DNA of 64,000 bases from Vicugna vicugna. Taxonomy: Eukaryota. This document shows positions 61,061-64,000 of this stretch, piece after piece (position 1 is the stretch's first letter; each line of letters starts with the position of its first letter). The DNA lies in NCBI GenBank assembly GCA_013265495.1, contig MU058669.1, forward strand, positions 914,234-978,233, written 5' to 3'. The translations under genes were made by a program, and so were the position numbers. The notes beneath the pieces are model-generated. The model was not told the DNA's origin, made no database searches, and worked only from the letters and a program-made list of their open reading frames with translations.

Positions 61061-62679
61061 TAGTGAACATTTACAGTAAACGTTAATCATAGTTGTTAGC
61101 AGCATAATCAAATTTTATAAAAATTAGACACTGACTTTTTACAAATCTAGGCTTGTCAGGTCCATTGTAGGTCCAATGAAACAAGCCCAGTGCTCCTCTT
61201 TGAAAGATCTCACAGAATGTTGTCTGAAATAAGCTTTTGGGGCTCTTGTGGCCCCATAATTCTATGACCTTCACCAGGGTCTCAGGGCAGACGCACAGAG
61301 AGGTCAGGCAAGTGGGTGAGGTAGGCTGGGCACCCTTCTAAAAACGTTCCCACTCAGTCTTTTTAAAGCCCTGGGCTGCCCGAAAGAAACACCACTGTAG
61401 GTCAGCCCAAGTGCTCAGGCTGGCTGCTTTAACCCTCATGGATCTTCTAGGATGGAGGAGGCTTCCTTCAGAAGGATTGGGCGCTGAGAGGATCTTGTGA
61501 AGAAGGTTACAAGGAAGAGATAGGACCTAGGCAAGGCTGAGAAGGGCTTTGTAGGAACTGAACTCTGAATACATTCATTTTCATGCCAAAAGTTCCTTTT
61601 TCCCATTCTTATTTATGTTTTTTATAGTTACGTTTATTACAATCCGTGAAAATATTAGAAACTAACACGGGTCTCTTTACTAAGACATCTAGGTTTTCAT
61701 GGGCATCTGCTTTCTACTCATTGTTACAAAATCCAGTTTACATGAAAATGGTAAAAAAAATAAAACAAACAAAAAAAGCCAAGCAATATCTTAGTGCTAT
61801 TATGACCAGTTTCCAACTCTTAGGAAAACTGAAAGGGTCTCCGGGCCTCCCAGGTCAAGAGATTATACTGTCTTAACAGGCCTGCTCACTCTCACGTGTC
61901 TTCTGGAATTCCTTATAAATTCCAGTGGGCACCCGGGCAACGAACATTCTATTACTTCGCTGGTTTGTAAGGTGCAGTTCCAGGGTTAAACATTGCACCC
62001 AAACTTAACATTTTTAAACTGTTCAGGCTTATCTTCCAAAAATAGTGTATCATGCACTTTAACAACTTTCCCTGCCAAGTAAAGGACTCCAAAGCTTTAT
62101 GTGCTAAGTATGAAGACGTTAGGTGGGGCTCTTGCTCACTCCTGAAATCGTGTTATTTGGAATCCCAAGTGAATGCAGACACTGCAAACGCAGGGCCAGG
62201 GTCTTTCCTGAAAGCCCCTTTTGCCCCCTCTTTAAATCCCTTTCCTTCTTCTCAAGAAGCTTATGCCTCAGCTTCCAGAGCCATGGCCTCATTTAACATG
62301 TTGTAAAGGAAAGTGCGCGAAGCATCAGGTTCCTAGGCTGGCGAATTTTTATTTTTATGTCTTCATTGACATAGTTTAACCTTTGCTTTTGGCAGCTAAC
62401 CTCCTGTTCAAATAAAATGAAGAGAAGGAGGTGGGGCGGGGAACTGGAACAAGATCTTGGTTGGAATGATTCTGCTGGTGGAAAAGCATCCTTTCAGCCA
62501 TTCTTCCCAATGCATTCTATTAAGTTCTACAAGTCTGCATGATATTACTTCCTACATGTGAGGGGACTGCAAAGGTGCTGCATATACCCCCGATTATGCT
62601 TATGATGGAAATAAAAGCCAAGTCTATTATGCCAAAAGATGGACTCAAATCATCCAGTTTTTCTAGAGAGGATTTCCAA

Positions 62680-62890
62680 GTACAGACTTCTAGTCTGGAC
62701 TGTATCACTTACTGTGTGATCCCAGGCACACATGACACACAGTCCTTAGACTCCCAGGGTTTCGGTTTCCAGGACTGGGAAGTGGGAATAATAATAGTAC
62801 TTCCTTACAGAGTTGTGCAGAGGATCAGATGAGATCATACGTTTAAAGTGCCTGGCATATACTGATTGGTCAATACATGGGAATATTATT
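62680..62890 (+). mobile_element. MIR SINE
   Basis: cacttactgtgtgatcc..gggaataataatagtacttccttacagagttgtgcagaggatcagatgagat..agtgcctggcatata. Confidence 0.75.
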
Positions 62891-63299
62891 ACTCTGACAA
62901 CTGTAACTACTACTTCTACCACTATTCCTACATTTCTGCCAACTGATCTTCCATTTTCTGCTTACATACCTCTAGTAACAGGGAGCTCAGTACCTAATGA
63001 GGCAATGGATCATTTGGCTGAATATTAAAAAATGTCTTCCTTGGGCATAAGTGAACTTCGTCTCTGTGGTTTGTAATATCTTCCTTGAGCTCATCAGGCT
63101 ATCCAGAGAATCTGCTGTGTACCCAGAACTGTGTTAACATTTGGTTGGGGAGATACAGAAGGAAAAAGACATGATCCAAGCCTTGGAGAAGTTCAGAGAC
63201 AGTCTTTAGAGATATGATGAATACACAGAAAGCAGCCCCTGCCTTGGTTGACTGAGCCCCAAAAGATTCCTCAAAGAGGAGACCCCCAGGCAGGACCAT

Positions 63300-63760
63300 G
63301 GCCTATGTGCCCTGCATGATTTGTCCCCTGCTGACCCTATTTTAGCCTCCTTTCTATTTCTTGAATCTTCCCAATGGAGACCCACCTAAGAACTTTTGCA
63401 CCTAAAGTTCTCTCTGCTTAGAATGTGCTTCCTTAATATTATTTATTCCGGGACCAGTTATATGCTTTCATTTCCATCCCAGGTCAAATATCCCATCCTC
63501 CGACAGGCCCTCTCTGAGCATCCTAATTAAAGGATCCGTACCTGCCCAGCAAGTCTCCATCACATCATCAAGTCTTATTTTCTTCTTGCTCCTTATTATG
63601 CTCTGAAATTATCTCCATCATTTACCTATTGACTCAATTATCACATGCTTCTTCTCAGTCCAAATAAGATCAATGATTTTGTCTTATCACCCCATTGCAT
63701 CCCCACCTCCTGATATAGTACCTGGTACATCAGGGGTGCTCAGTACATATTTGCTGAATA
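63300..63760 (+). mobile_element. LINE2 3' fragment
   Basis: gaacttttgcacct..tgcttagaatgtgcttcc..gcatccccac..atagtacctggtacatcaggggtgctcagtacatatttgctgaat. Confidence 0.75.
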
Positions 63761-64000
63761 TTCCTTGAAAGGGTTGAGAGACTAGACTGAATCCCTTCCA
63801 AGCCCAGATGCATCATCCAGTCTCCATCTCTCATGCACAGAGCCTTTTCTGCCCTGGAGGATGGCTCCTCCCCAGAGGGGCTTCCCCTCTGGAGCAGCGG
63901 GAAATGGAGCATCGCTGTCTGAATGCAAGGCCACCGAGGCTGGGCCACTAAGCAAATTGTTTTTGATCCCATATGGCACCTGAAAGCTAGATAGGTTGTA

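Noticed and set aside
1..64000. Assignment to a named gene locus, or a novel multi-gene system
   Set aside because: No recognisable exon or RNA gene anchors the locus, and I saw no foreign or gene-dense segment. A BLAST or liftover would be needed.

Overview
This is non-coding eutherian mammalian genomic DNA (intronic or intergenic), rich in transposable elements. It is most likely from a camelid. That is an inference from recalled consensus: the youngest L1 3' UTRs resemble the camelid (Vicugna-type) L1 families, and I saw no Alu, B1/B2, SINEC, PRE-1 or Bov-A/B SINEs. I cannot support any host protein-coding gene, RNA gene or CpG island. The only ORFs resembling known proteins are L1 ORF2/ORF1 remnants and a MaLR internal-ORF remnant. 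Contents include many old MIR and L2 fragments, hAT MITEs (MER5, MER20, MER58, MER63, MER102-like), Tigger elements, a solo MLT1 LTR and a complete two-LTR MLT1A-type MaLR with a 5-bp TSD. There are also several old L1M fragments and six young L1 3' ends of two subtypes. The most interesting signals are mechanistic: three-layer TE nesting at two sites, a probable short L1 3' transduction, an internal L1 fragment flanked by direct repeats, a perfect 39-bp tandem duplication, a ~115-bp dispersed duplication and several motif-dense candidate enhancers. I found no evidence for a novel biological system. Repeat family names come from recalled consensus sequences, and boundaries of old elements are approximate.
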